NCBI GenBank assembly: GCA_000165345.1
Contig: CM000435.1
Location: forward strand, 800,001 to 864,000
Direction of reading: 5' to 3'
Length of the DNA stretch: 64,000 nt
The notes under the pieces were generated by a model. The model had not been told where the DNA came from and made no database searches. It worked only from the letters and a program-made list of their open reading frames with translations. Of the stretch, positions 30,629 through 39,161 are shown in pieces. The position numbers were made by a program, and so were the translations under genes. Position 1 is the first letter of the stretch, and every line of letters begins with the position of its first letter.

Positions 30629-32631
30629 TTAAACCTTTCTAGTAATACCTTAGTTTTGTTATTGAATACGTTCAGTTTCTTAATACTTTGGAAGTTTTCC
30701 CAAATATACTTTGGCAAGTCCATTGAAATATTGTTAAAGTTGATTAACTCAACAGAACTTGGAACCTTAACCAATTTTAGCAATAAAATTACGTCATCAT
30801 CATTTGCATAATCATTCCCTGATAAACTTATCTCTATAACACTTGAAAAGAGTTGTATAAATTTTGAATTATTTTTTTTAAAATAGTCATTTGAAAATCC
30901 CTGAAAATTTTTTATTCTCAATTTTGAAAGTTGGAATTTACATGATGAAAGTGAATCAAGGTTTTCATCTGAAATACCAAGTTTAGGATTTATAACAATG
31001 CTTAGTTCATTTAATTTTAATAATGAATCTCCATTTGAAATACAATCAACTATTGACGAGTGGTGATATCTTGACTCAACATTAGAAATGTCCAATGAAA
31101 GAGAGCTAAGATTCGTACATTTTCTACAAATTTTGTTGAAAGACTCAATACATAAGTCATCGTTCTCAAAAATACTTATGCTTAAATTCTTTAGATTTCT
31201 GCAAAGTACTCCGATATGTTCCAAAACATCGCTTGTTGTAACATTCCTTAGTCCTTCTAATTCAAGATCAACTAGAGTTTCGCAATTATATTTTATTAAT
31301 AAACACATAGATAATGGAGTAAGGCCACCCCCAACTAGTTTAGTCTTCACGTTTGCATGTTGTATCAATTTAACAATGCATTCTTCCAGAATTTTGTCTT
31401 GGAAAGTGTTTTTTTGAGATTCAGAAATGTTATTTTGTTCATACTTTGTGGAATTTAATGTTTGAGTATGATCTATCTCGTTATTTGAAGACTCACACTG
31501 ATTATCTAGATATAACCTGGGTATTTTTTTTCTGTAATCATTAATCATATCGGTAAAATAATCATCCGATTCAAAAAAATTCCCTAAATTCGTATTTTGA
31601 CTTAATTTGAGAGTTTTTAATTTTTTTACATTATTTCTTGAATATCTCAATGCTAGATATTTTAGAGTTTTGGATGTTAACATTGGGCACCATGAAATAT
31701 CCAAATGTTCAAGTTCTTTTAAACTTTCTCCTAAATAAAAAAAAGATTTATCAGAAATATTTGCGCAGCTTCTCAAATATAAAGTATTTAATTTCATAAG
31801 CTTTGATGATATTTTATCAAATACTTCATCGTTCACATTGACATTGTAATTTAAATTAAGATATTTAAGATTCTCCATGGATGAAATGATCTTCTTCAGT
31901 GTAGAACTTGATAATTTAGACCTTGACAAAGATATTTTTTCAATGTTTGTGCTTGCACTATAATTAAATTTGTAGTTGTAATCGTTGATCCCATCGCACG
32001 ATGAAATATCTAGCTCTTTCAAATTGATACAACATTGAATTACATCTTCAAAAGTTGAAATAGTTATATTTCTACAGAAAGAAATATTCAATGATTCTAA
32101 ATCTCTTGTTCGTTTTATTATGCTTTGCAAATCAATTATTTGGGAGCAACCTTGAATATTTAATACTTTTAAATTAGTCATACATGATCCAGTTGGCGAG
32201 AAGAATTCTGTGTTAAAAGCAGAATCAGTTACCAACTTGCATCCACAAATATTTAGCTCTCTTAATTTTTTGCAATTGGAAATTATGCACTTTATTACTC
32301 TATTATTTACTTGGTAACAATTACTTAAATCAACAATCTCTAAGTTTGGGCTATTAAAAAAGAAATAGTTGAATGAGCTGGCTTTTACCCCATTGCAGAA
32401 TGGAACTTTAAGTGTTTTTCTGTTTGGACCACTTATTCCATATAAAAATGATTCTGTAATTTTTATTCCAACATTTTTTAATAATAAATAAAGTTTACAA
32501 ATATAATCATCTGAGCATTCTCGAATATCTGATGTTACCAGCTTTCCTTTTTTAAAAGGCAGGTTTTGAATATCAATACCTGGAGGAATGTTACCACTTA
32601 TTATTCCATAATGTTCAATTTGTTGTGTCAT
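30625..32631 (-). CDS. Leucine-rich-repeat protein of the cysteine-containing LRR (AMN1 / F-box-LRR-like) type.
   Basis: Repeated LxxLxLxxCxxITD-type units (LESLNISFCRNITISTFEDV, LKELDISSCDGIND, LNTLYLRSCANISDKSF, LEHLDISWCPMLTSKTL). I see no clear F-box at the N-terminus. Confidence 0.65.
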   Translation of the reverse strand: MTQQIEHYGIISGNIPPGIDIQNLPFKKGKLVTSDIRECSDDYICKLYLLLKNVGIKITESFLYGISGPNRKTLKVPFCNGVKASSFNYFFFNSPNLEIVDLSNCYQVNNRVIKCIISNCKKLRELNICGCKLVTDSAFNTEFFSPTGSCMTNLKVLNIQGCSQIIDLQSIIKRTRDLESLNISFCRNITISTFEDVIQCCINLKELDISSCDGINDYNYKFNYSASTNIEKISLSRSKLSSSTLKKIISSMENLKYLNLNYNVNVNDEVFDKISSKLMKLNTLYLRSCANISDKSFFYLGESLKELEHLDISWCPMLTSKTLKYLALRYSRNNVKKLKTLKLSQNTNLGNFFESDDYFTDMINDYRKKIPRLYLDNQCESSNNEIDHTQTLNSTKYEQNNISESQKNTFQDKILEECIVKLIQHANVKTKLVGGGLTPLSMCLLIKYNCETLVDLELEGLRNVTTSDVLEHIGVLCRNLKNLSISIFENDDLCIESFNKICRKCTNLSSLSLDISNVESRYHHSSIVDCISNGDSLLKLNELSIVINPKLGISDENLDSLSSCKFQLSKLRIKNFQGFSNDYFKKNNSKFIQLFSSVIEISLSGNDYANDDDVILLLKLVKVPSSVELINFNNISMDLPKYIWENFQSIKKLNVFNNKTKVLLERFN

Positions 32632-32969
32632 TAAATAAACGAATAATAATGTTTTGCGGTATCTAGGGGTATTGCATATTCTTTCTTCACAGAAAAATGA
32701 GTAAATTTTTAATCATTCAAAAATGAAAAAAAGTTATATTCTAAATGAATTACAAAGATAATGAAAATAACTAAATTGGTCAAGATTTTAAAATTATGTT
32801 TGGTTCTAACATCAGGTGCTACAAAATGTGTGAGGTACTATAAATAATTGCATTTTGTCTTTATAAAAATTTTCTTGAATTTCTTTAATGCAAGTAAATA
32901 TTAAATTGATTACTCAAAATTAATAAACTTTTATAAATGAGTAAAAAATGATTTATTTTTTATATTTAA

Positions 32970-35900
32970 TTATGCAGTTTGCAAATGTAGACGCGGATAA
33001 ATTGACATTGCCATTAACTCTTGGAGTAGTAGTTTACAAGCATAAGGAAGACAAATTTGACTAATCCGAGACTTATTGTTGCATGCATTACACTCGAAAT
33101 GCTGTTTACCTAGATCTGCAATACAAATAAGCCCACACATTTCGCAAACATGTACTCTATAAGCATCGCATTGGTCAAATAGTCGTTCTTTCAACATTTT
33201 CGCTGCGCCATGAGATATCATACAGTCACGCTCCATTTCTCCAAATCTAAGCCCTCCTTCCCTTGCTCTTCCTTCTCTTGGTTGTCTGGTTAGCATTGTG
33301 ACTGCTCCTCTAGCTCTAGCATGAATTTTATCGTCAACCATATGTTTTAGTCTCTGATAGTAAGTTGGCCCAATAAAGATTCTCGACTCCAATCTCTTTC
33401 CCGTATGGCCATTGTACATTACTTCATTTCCATTTTTCTGAAACCCGGAACTATGTAAACGGCTAGATATCTCTTCAACTGTAATTTTCGTAAAAGGAGT
33501 TGCATCACCCTCCAATCCTTGAATTGCGCACGCTTTGCCAAGCAGACATTCAATTAAATGGCCAATTGTCATACGCGAAGGAATAGCATGAGGATTCATA
33601 ATAATGTCTGGAATAATCCCATCTTGTGTAAATGGCATATCCTCAGTTCTGTATGTTATGCCGATTGTACCCTTTTGGCCATGTCTAGATGCAAACTTAT
33701 CTCCAACATGAGGTATTCTTATCGTCCTGACTTTAACTTTAGCAAATTTAACACCTTTGCTATTTGTGCTTAGTAATACTTCGTCGACGACACCATGCTC
33801 GGATGTTCTAATTCCAACTGAGCAGTCTCTTTTTGTAAGTTTCTGAATACGAGTGTCACGATCTTCTGGGTTTATCGGTCCAACCTTCCCAATTATAATA
33901 TCATCACCCAATACTCGATTTCCTGGTTCAATTAAGCCATCAAGGTCTAAATTTCCGTAATTCCCAAACCTTAGTCCACTCACTTCTTCAGGGTTTGGAA
34001 GCTCAAATGCTTCAATTAAATTGCTTCCAACCTGTTTCTCTTCCGAGACATATGTTCTAAAAAATACAGATCTGAAAAGTCCTCTATCTATAGAAGATTG
34101 ATTCATTATTAAACTATCCTCTTGATTATAGCCTGAATAACACATAATTCCAACAATGCAATTAATTCCAGCAGGTAATTCACGGAATCTCATGTATGTC
34201 ATAGCGCGTGTTGTAACTAGAGGTTTTTGTGGGTAATAAAGAACATATCCCAAAGTATCCATTCTTACATTATAATTACTTGTATACACTCCCATAGCTT
34301 GCTTACCCATAGCACTTTGGTAAACATTTCTTGGACTTTGATTATGATCAGGAAATGGAATGATGCTTGCGCAAACACCTAAAATGAGAGATGGATGGAT
34401 TTCGCAATGGGTGTAGGTACTGCAATAACCTCTGTCAATTCTTAAATCGTTTATAAACATTGCAATCATAGATGTTTCCTCTTCTTCACAGTCGATGTAT
34501 TCAATAATTCCTGTATTTACAAGGTCATCCCATGTATAATCATGTTTCTCATCCTCCATTTTTTCATCAAAACTTGGATTTTCATTTAGTAACGAGTTAA
34601 TGTGTGACTTTTTTATTTTTAAGTCCCCATCTTCGCCAACAATATAAAGAGGGCGCATAGAACGCCCTGAATCTGTAAATAGCTTAACTTCTCTGTTCAC
34701 GACGTCTAATACTATGGAAGTCTCATACGGTATTTCGCCACTTCTTCTAATCATTCTTAAATTTGATATTGAATCCTCTGAGTCGTCAAAACAGCCTACC
34801 CAGTTTCCATTCAGGAATACTTTAATTTTTCGTTTTATTCCTTCAGGAGGAATTTCATCAATAGAATCCATGCCCCATTCATCCAGAAATGTTCTGATTG
34901 CATACGGTCTATATCCAACTGAAATTTCACACATTAGTGCCAAATTCTTTACAAGACCTACAGAGTGTCCTTCTGGAGTTTCTGCAGGGCAAATCATACC
35001 CCAATGAGTATTATGAAGCTGCCTAGGTTTTGCAAATTTACCCTCACGTCCTAATGGAGTATTCAAACGTCTTAAATAAGAAAGTGCAGACGTAAAAGTA
35101 AGTCGACTTAATACTTGGGAGACCCCTGTTCTGATTATTTTACCGTCTTTGTCCTTTCCCCAATTTCCAGTGGCAAATTGATACTGAATAGTTTGTGTAA
35201 TATATGATGCAGAGCGGATTACGCCTGCAACATCAAACTCTTTTCCATTGTCAATATTTCTTTGAAGGAGCCTACGAACATCTTTCATCATTTTCCTAAA
35301 GCATTGTCCAAAGGAGGCAGCAACCAAGGGTCCTGCCAAATCCAAACGCTTTTTCCCAAAATGATCACGATCATCCTCTGGAACACGCCCTAATGCTCCT
35401 AAACACAACTTATGGACCATGTACCCAATGAAATATGCCTTACGTGATTCGCTACCGCTTGTAACGCCAACATGAGGAAGAAGCTCTTTTTCAAAAAGTT
35501 CTTTCGCATACTGGATGCGCTTTTCTCTGGCAGCACCAACAGTGGGTCCTCTTTTACCGATAAAATCTAAGCAAACGTCTTGGCTAAAAAATTCAAATGT
35601 CTCTTCCAATGAAGGTCTCAATAATGCAAGCATTTGAGTATCATTAAAGTCATAAACGCACCTAGAAAGGATATCCTTATCTGACAAAACTCCAAGGGCT
35701 CTAAATAATATAGCAATAGGGATATCTGTTCTGATATATGGTAATGTTGCCACAATTTGGCCTTGGTTGCCATCAGACCCTCTAAGTTTCACAGAAAATC
35801 CAGAAGTAGCTTGCATACCCTCCCTATTGCTTCTTATTTCAGCAATCCATGTGTATTTTGAAGGTTGATTTTTCTGAAATAAGTATACAAAGTTATTTGC

Positions 35901-36518
35901 CATTCTTTCTTGCCCAACCAATACTTTCTCCATGCCATTGATAATAAAGTATCCGCCTTGATCATACACACATTCTCCTGCGCTTTGAAGTTCTCTCTCA
36001 CTAATATTATGAGTCCAACAGTATTCTGAGCGAAGCATTATTGGGATCTTTGCAAGCGGTAACCTAGAGTAGACCGTCTCATAAACTAAAGTTTCAGAAC
36101 CATCGTCTTCTAATTTGTAAACTTTTTGTTCTGCATCAACAAATACGGGGCTAGAATATGTTAAGTTTCTAAGACGTGCTTCATTAGGCCACAACCCTCT
36201 AGCTACTCCTTCTCTCTCCTCAACTGATGGTCTACTTAAAGAAAGTTGTCCAAATTTAAGGACATATCGTACCTTTGTATCAATTTGTTCATCTGGCCTA
36301 TATTGTGATTGAGGAGTAATAATGATAGGTGGATGTTCGTCAACAATTTCTTGTAACTTGTACATGATAAAGTCATTAAAGCTTTCTAACTGTTGGTTTA
36401 CTAATCCTCTATCACGGAAATATGTACCAATCAGTGCCCAAGAATCCTCCTGTTGAATTTCATCATTTTTTTGTTCTGAAACCATTTTGAGTATGTTTTG
36501 CATACTAATATTATGCAA
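32970..36518 (-). CDS. RPB2: DNA-directed RNA polymerase II second-largest subunit (RPB2).
   Basis: N-terminus EDSWALIGTYFRDRGLVNQQLESFNDFI (cf. RPB2 [28 protein letters not shown]), the catalytic region GEMERDCMISHGAA, and the C-terminal zinc ribbon CEMCGLICIADLGKQHFECNACNNKSRISQICLPYACKLLLQELMAMSIYPRL. Confidence 0.9.
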   Translation of the reverse strand: MHNISMQNILKMVSEQKNDEIQQEDSWALIGTYFRDRGLVNQQLESFNDFIMYKLQEIVDEHPPIIITPQSQYRPDEQIDTKVRYVLKFGQLSLSRPSVEEREGVARGLWPNEARLRNLTYSSPVFVDAEQKVYKLEDDGSETLVYETVYSRLPLAKIPIMLRSEYCWTHNISERELQSAGECVYDQGGYFIINGMEKVLVGQERMANNFVYLFQKNQPSKYTWIAEIRSNREGMQATSGFSVKLRGSDGNQGQIVATLPYIRTDIPIAILFRALGVLSDKDILSRCVYDFNDTQMLALLRPSLEETFEFFSQDVCLDFIGKRGPTVGAAREKRIQYAKELFEKELLPHVGVTSGSESRKAYFIGYMVHKLCLGALGRVPEDDRDHFGKKRLDLAGPLVAASFGQCFRKMMKDVRRLLQRNIDNGKEFDVAGVIRSASYITQTIQYQFATGNWGKDKDGKIIRTGVSQVLSRLTFTSALSYLRRLNTPLGREGKFAKPRQLHNTHWGMICPAETPEGHSVGLVKNLALMCEISVGYRPYAIRTFLDEWGMDSIDEIPPEGIKRKIKVFLNGNWVGCFDDSEDSISNLRMIRRSGEIPYETSIVLDVVNREVKLFTDSGRSMRPLYIVGEDGDLKIKKSHINSLLNENPSFDEKMEDEKHDYTWDDLVNTGIIEYIDCEEEETSMIAMFINDLRIDRGYCSTYTHCEIHPSLILGVCASIIPFPDHNQSPRNVYQSAMGKQAMGVYTSNYNVRMDTLGYVLYYPQKPLVTTRAMTYMRFRELPAGINCIVGIMCYSGYNQEDSLIMNQSSIDRGLFRSVFFRTYVSEEKQVGSNLIEAFELPNPEEVSGLRFGNYGNLDLDGLIEPGNRVLGDDIIIGKVGPINPEDRDTRIQKLTKRDCSVGIRTSEHGVVDEVLLSTNSKGVKFAKVKVRTIRIPHVGDKFASRHGQKGTIGITYRTEDMPFTQDGIIPDIIMNPHAIPSRMTIGHLIECLLGKACAIQGLEGDATPFTKITVEEISSRLHSSGFQKNGNEVMYNGHTGKRLESRIFIGPTYYQRLKHMVDDKIHARARGAVTMLTRQPREGRAREGGLRFGEMERDCMISHGAAKMLKERLFDQCDAYRVHVCEMCGLICIADLGKQHFECNACNNKSRISQICLPYACKLLLQELMAMSIYPRLHLQTA

Positions 36519-36636
36519 AACTTTGTGTTCAGTAACTCCACAGCAGTAAAATACGTTATTAAATTGTGAAATTCAGTTATAATTTTAATTTCCAATTACT
36601 TCGTTCGTCATTTAATGCGCAATGACTTTAATAAAT

Positions 36637-36644
36637 AGCGCCAA
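36637..36644. promoter_or_regulatory. AGCGCCAA element in the divergent promoter between RPB2 (start 36518, minus) and the polyprenyl synthase gene (start 36947, plus). The same GCGCCAA core occurs at 12229-12235.
   Basis: Exact GCGCCAA heptamer in an AT-rich spacer; it is the reverse complement of TTGGCGC at 7807-7813. Confidence 0.3.
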
Positions 36645-36946
36645 CTACTTGTAATTCAATTATCCTGAATACCGATATTTTATGCAAGTTTATTCCTGAA
36701 AAGTATATTTTTTTTAGTATTAAAATCTTCTTTTTTTTATGGAACACTAAAATTTCCTTTGATCTATTTGTGCTTTTTAAAATAATTGTTAGCTTAAACT
36801 CTAAATTAATATAAAAATCACATGATCACTAATTTTTTGTATGCGATCAATTAATCAAATGCTATCGATTGCTTTTCAAGTTCTAATGCTCAACATGATC
36901 TTTGATAATCTCATGAATTATATTATATAAGAGTCAACACCAAAAT

Positions 36947-38347
36947 ATGTATAAATATATAAAGAACAATGAATTAAAAAAAAGTTTGAATTTATTCAAA
37001 AGATCAATAACAATTACCAAAAATCAACTAGTAAAAGAGTTTTTAGTTGATTTGGATGATAGTTGTATTCGAAGCGAAATTTTTTACCCAATAAGAAATC
37101 TATACCATCCACCCATTGATTTTATAAATAAAAATAACCCATCAGATGCATTATTTCTAAAAAAAAAGAAAATTAATAATTGGAACGAGTTAAATAACCA
37201 AGAATGGAGTAAAATATTGCAAAATTCAACTAAATGCTTTAGAGATAATATTGCTAATTACATTGTTAATGATGATCAAAATGAGTTTATGTTGAATGAG
37301 AACAACGCACAAAGAGATCTCCTCCAATCTCAACTTTTAGAATTTATTCCAAATGAAATGAAAGATATTGTTAAATATGTTTTTCAGTCGGAAGGAAAAC
37401 TAACTAGACAAAATTATTTATCTGCTTTAGTTGGATTACTTAAATTTGCAATTGGCGTTAATCATTCACAACCAATTGGCTTGGATCACCGTATGCTTAT
37501 TCATTCAATTCAATTAATTCATTCTGCCTCGCTTCTTCATGACGACATACTTGATAATTCAGAAATAAGGAGAGGAAAAAAAGCTCCATACAAAATATTT
37601 GGTAATAAAAAAACGATACTGCTAGGCGATTATTTATTTTCCAAATCATGTCTTAACATCTCCATAATAGAAAACATTAATGCAATGAAATGTATATCTA
37701 TTATAGCAGAGAATTTAGTAAAGGGTGAATTCTCCCAGTTGAATGGATTAGGAAGCTTAATTGAAGGTTTGAATAACTCGAAAGACAAGAAAGGTTTGGT
37801 CGGAAATTATTTTGAAAAATATTTATTAAAATCCTACTATAAAACTGCATCTCTCTTTTCATTTGGAGGAATAGCATGCTCAGAATTATTAAAAAAGGCC
37901 TATGGAAACAAATTGCGAATGGAAATGATTATTTATTCATATTACATGGGGTTAAATTTTGGGCTTGCATTTCAACTTATGGATGATATCCTAGACTTTA
38001 CGAATTCTATATCACAAGTGAATTCTGGAAAGCCATTTTTTAATGACATCAAGCAAGGTATATTAACCATTCCAATTTATTTTTTACTTCTTAGGGACCA
38101 AGAAAGAGCAACAAAAATATTAGTCAATACAAATTTCTATAATAGCGATAAGGCTGAAATTTTAAAAGATCTTGTTAATATATTGTTTGATACAAACTCA
38201 ATTCAAGCTAGTATTGTGTGCGTTGCACAATACCTGGAAAGGTATATCCACTTTATTAATTTAATTTCGAAGTCTGAAAGAAATGTTTTTTCTTCATTTT
38301 TAGTTAAAATGGCGGATAAGCTATTAAAAATTATCGACGACATTTAA
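36947..38347 (+). CDS. trans-Polyprenyl diphosphate synthase (long-chain isoprenyl diphosphate synthase). It has a Lys/Asn-rich N-terminal extension of about 120 aa.
   Basis: First Asp-rich motif in LLHDDILDNSEIRRGKK, chain-length region upstream (SLLHDD), and second Asp-rich motif FQLMDDILDFT, followed by a conserved Lys (GKPFFNDIKQG). Confidence 0.8.
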   Translation: MYKYIKNNELKKSLNLFKRSITITKNQLVKEFLVDLDDSCIRSEIFYPIRNLYHPPIDFINKNNPSDALFLKKKKINNWNELNNQEWSKILQNSTKCFRDNIANYIVNDDQNEFMLNENNAQRDLLQSQLLEFIPNEMKDIVKYVFQSEGKLTRQNYLSALVGLLKFAIGVNHSQPIGLDHRMLIHSIQLIHSASLLHDDILDNSEIRRGKKAPYKIFGNKKTILLGDYLFSKSCLNISIIENINAMKCISIIAENLVKGEFSQLNGLGSLIEGLNNSKDKKGLVGNYFEKYLLKSYYKTASLFSFGGIACSELLKKAYGNKLRMEMIIYSYYMGLNFGLAFQLMDDILDFTNSISQVNSGKPFFNDIKQGILTIPIYFLLLRDQERATKILVNTNFYNSDKAEILKDLVNILFDTNSIQASIVCVAQYLERYIHFINLISKSERNVFSSFLVKMADKLLKIIDDI

Positions 38348-38350
38348 TAC

Positions 38351-39034
38351 CTAATTATAATAAAAACCTACACTAACACTTTTTAACGAAAACCCTGCAT
38401 TCCCCTCTACATGAAGAACAATAAATCCATCTTGTAGTGCTTGTTTACAATTTCTAATATCGTCATCAATGAATAGAATTTGATTTGGCAAAAGTTTATC
38501 TGCAGATGCAACTTGCAATAAGTGATATTTCTTAAAGAGCGGCATTGGGGCATCCAATCCTATTGAGGAATAAAGATCTTGGCTTTGCCATATCTTTGGA
38601 TAAAAGCAATAGTAATTCTTTACTTTAAACTTGGCACCACTTTCTTTTAAACAATGCTCAATCATTCTTCTTCCAGAAATAAATCTTTCTCTTTGATTTG
38701 AAGGAATCAGCAATGGGTCAGAAAACGTTACTACACTTATTGATATATTTACATTTTCTGCCTGCATTCCAAAAACATTGAATTCCTTAGATAGGCTTTT
38801 AGAAAATATAATCCCATCATTATCCAATGGATCAATATATCCGCCTGAATGTTTTGTCATCATTGTCAGATCAAAATCTGAAGCAATCGTTCGAATTCCT
38901 AAATCGTTGTAGATATAATGATTAAACCGATTAAAAATATCTTTTATGGAGTGATTTTGCTTCGAATCATAGTTATTTGAGTCCTTGAATGACAAAAACC
39001 AATCATGAAATTTTTTTTGGTGTGAAGTAAGCAT
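38351..39034 (-). CDS. HAD-superfamily phosphatase-like protein, possibly of the MDP-1 / small HAD hydrolase type.
   Basis: HAD motif I DFDLT (IASDFDLTMM) near the N-terminus and motif IV DD (ILFIDDDIRN) near the C-terminus. The size (227 aa) fits. Confidence 0.5.
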   Translation of the reverse strand: MLTSHQKKFHDWFLSFKDSNNYDSKQNHSIKDIFNRFNHYIYNDLGIRTIASDFDLTMMTKHSGGYIDPLDNDGIIFSKSLSKEFNVFGMQAENVNISISVVTFSDPLLIPSNQRERFISGRRMIEHCLKESGAKFKVKNYYCFYPKIWQSQDLYSSIGLDAPMPLFKKYHLLQVASADKLLPNQILFIDDDIRNCKQALQDGFIVLHVEGNAGFSLKSVSVGFYYN

Positions 39035-39161
39035 TGAGAATTTTTTTTTAATTATTGAGGGGTTTAAAAATTTAAAGCAATTATATATAATATTAAAATT
39101 TTTTAACTATTTAAAAAATCACAAAAATTAGTCTATAATACTGTAAACCCATGTATTTGGT

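Noticed and set aside
30625-32631. The LRR protein as an F-box protein.
   Set aside because: The LRRs are of the cysteine-containing type common in F-box/LRR proteins. I could not find an F-box consensus (LPxEILxxIFxxL) at the N-terminus, so only the LRR call is made.
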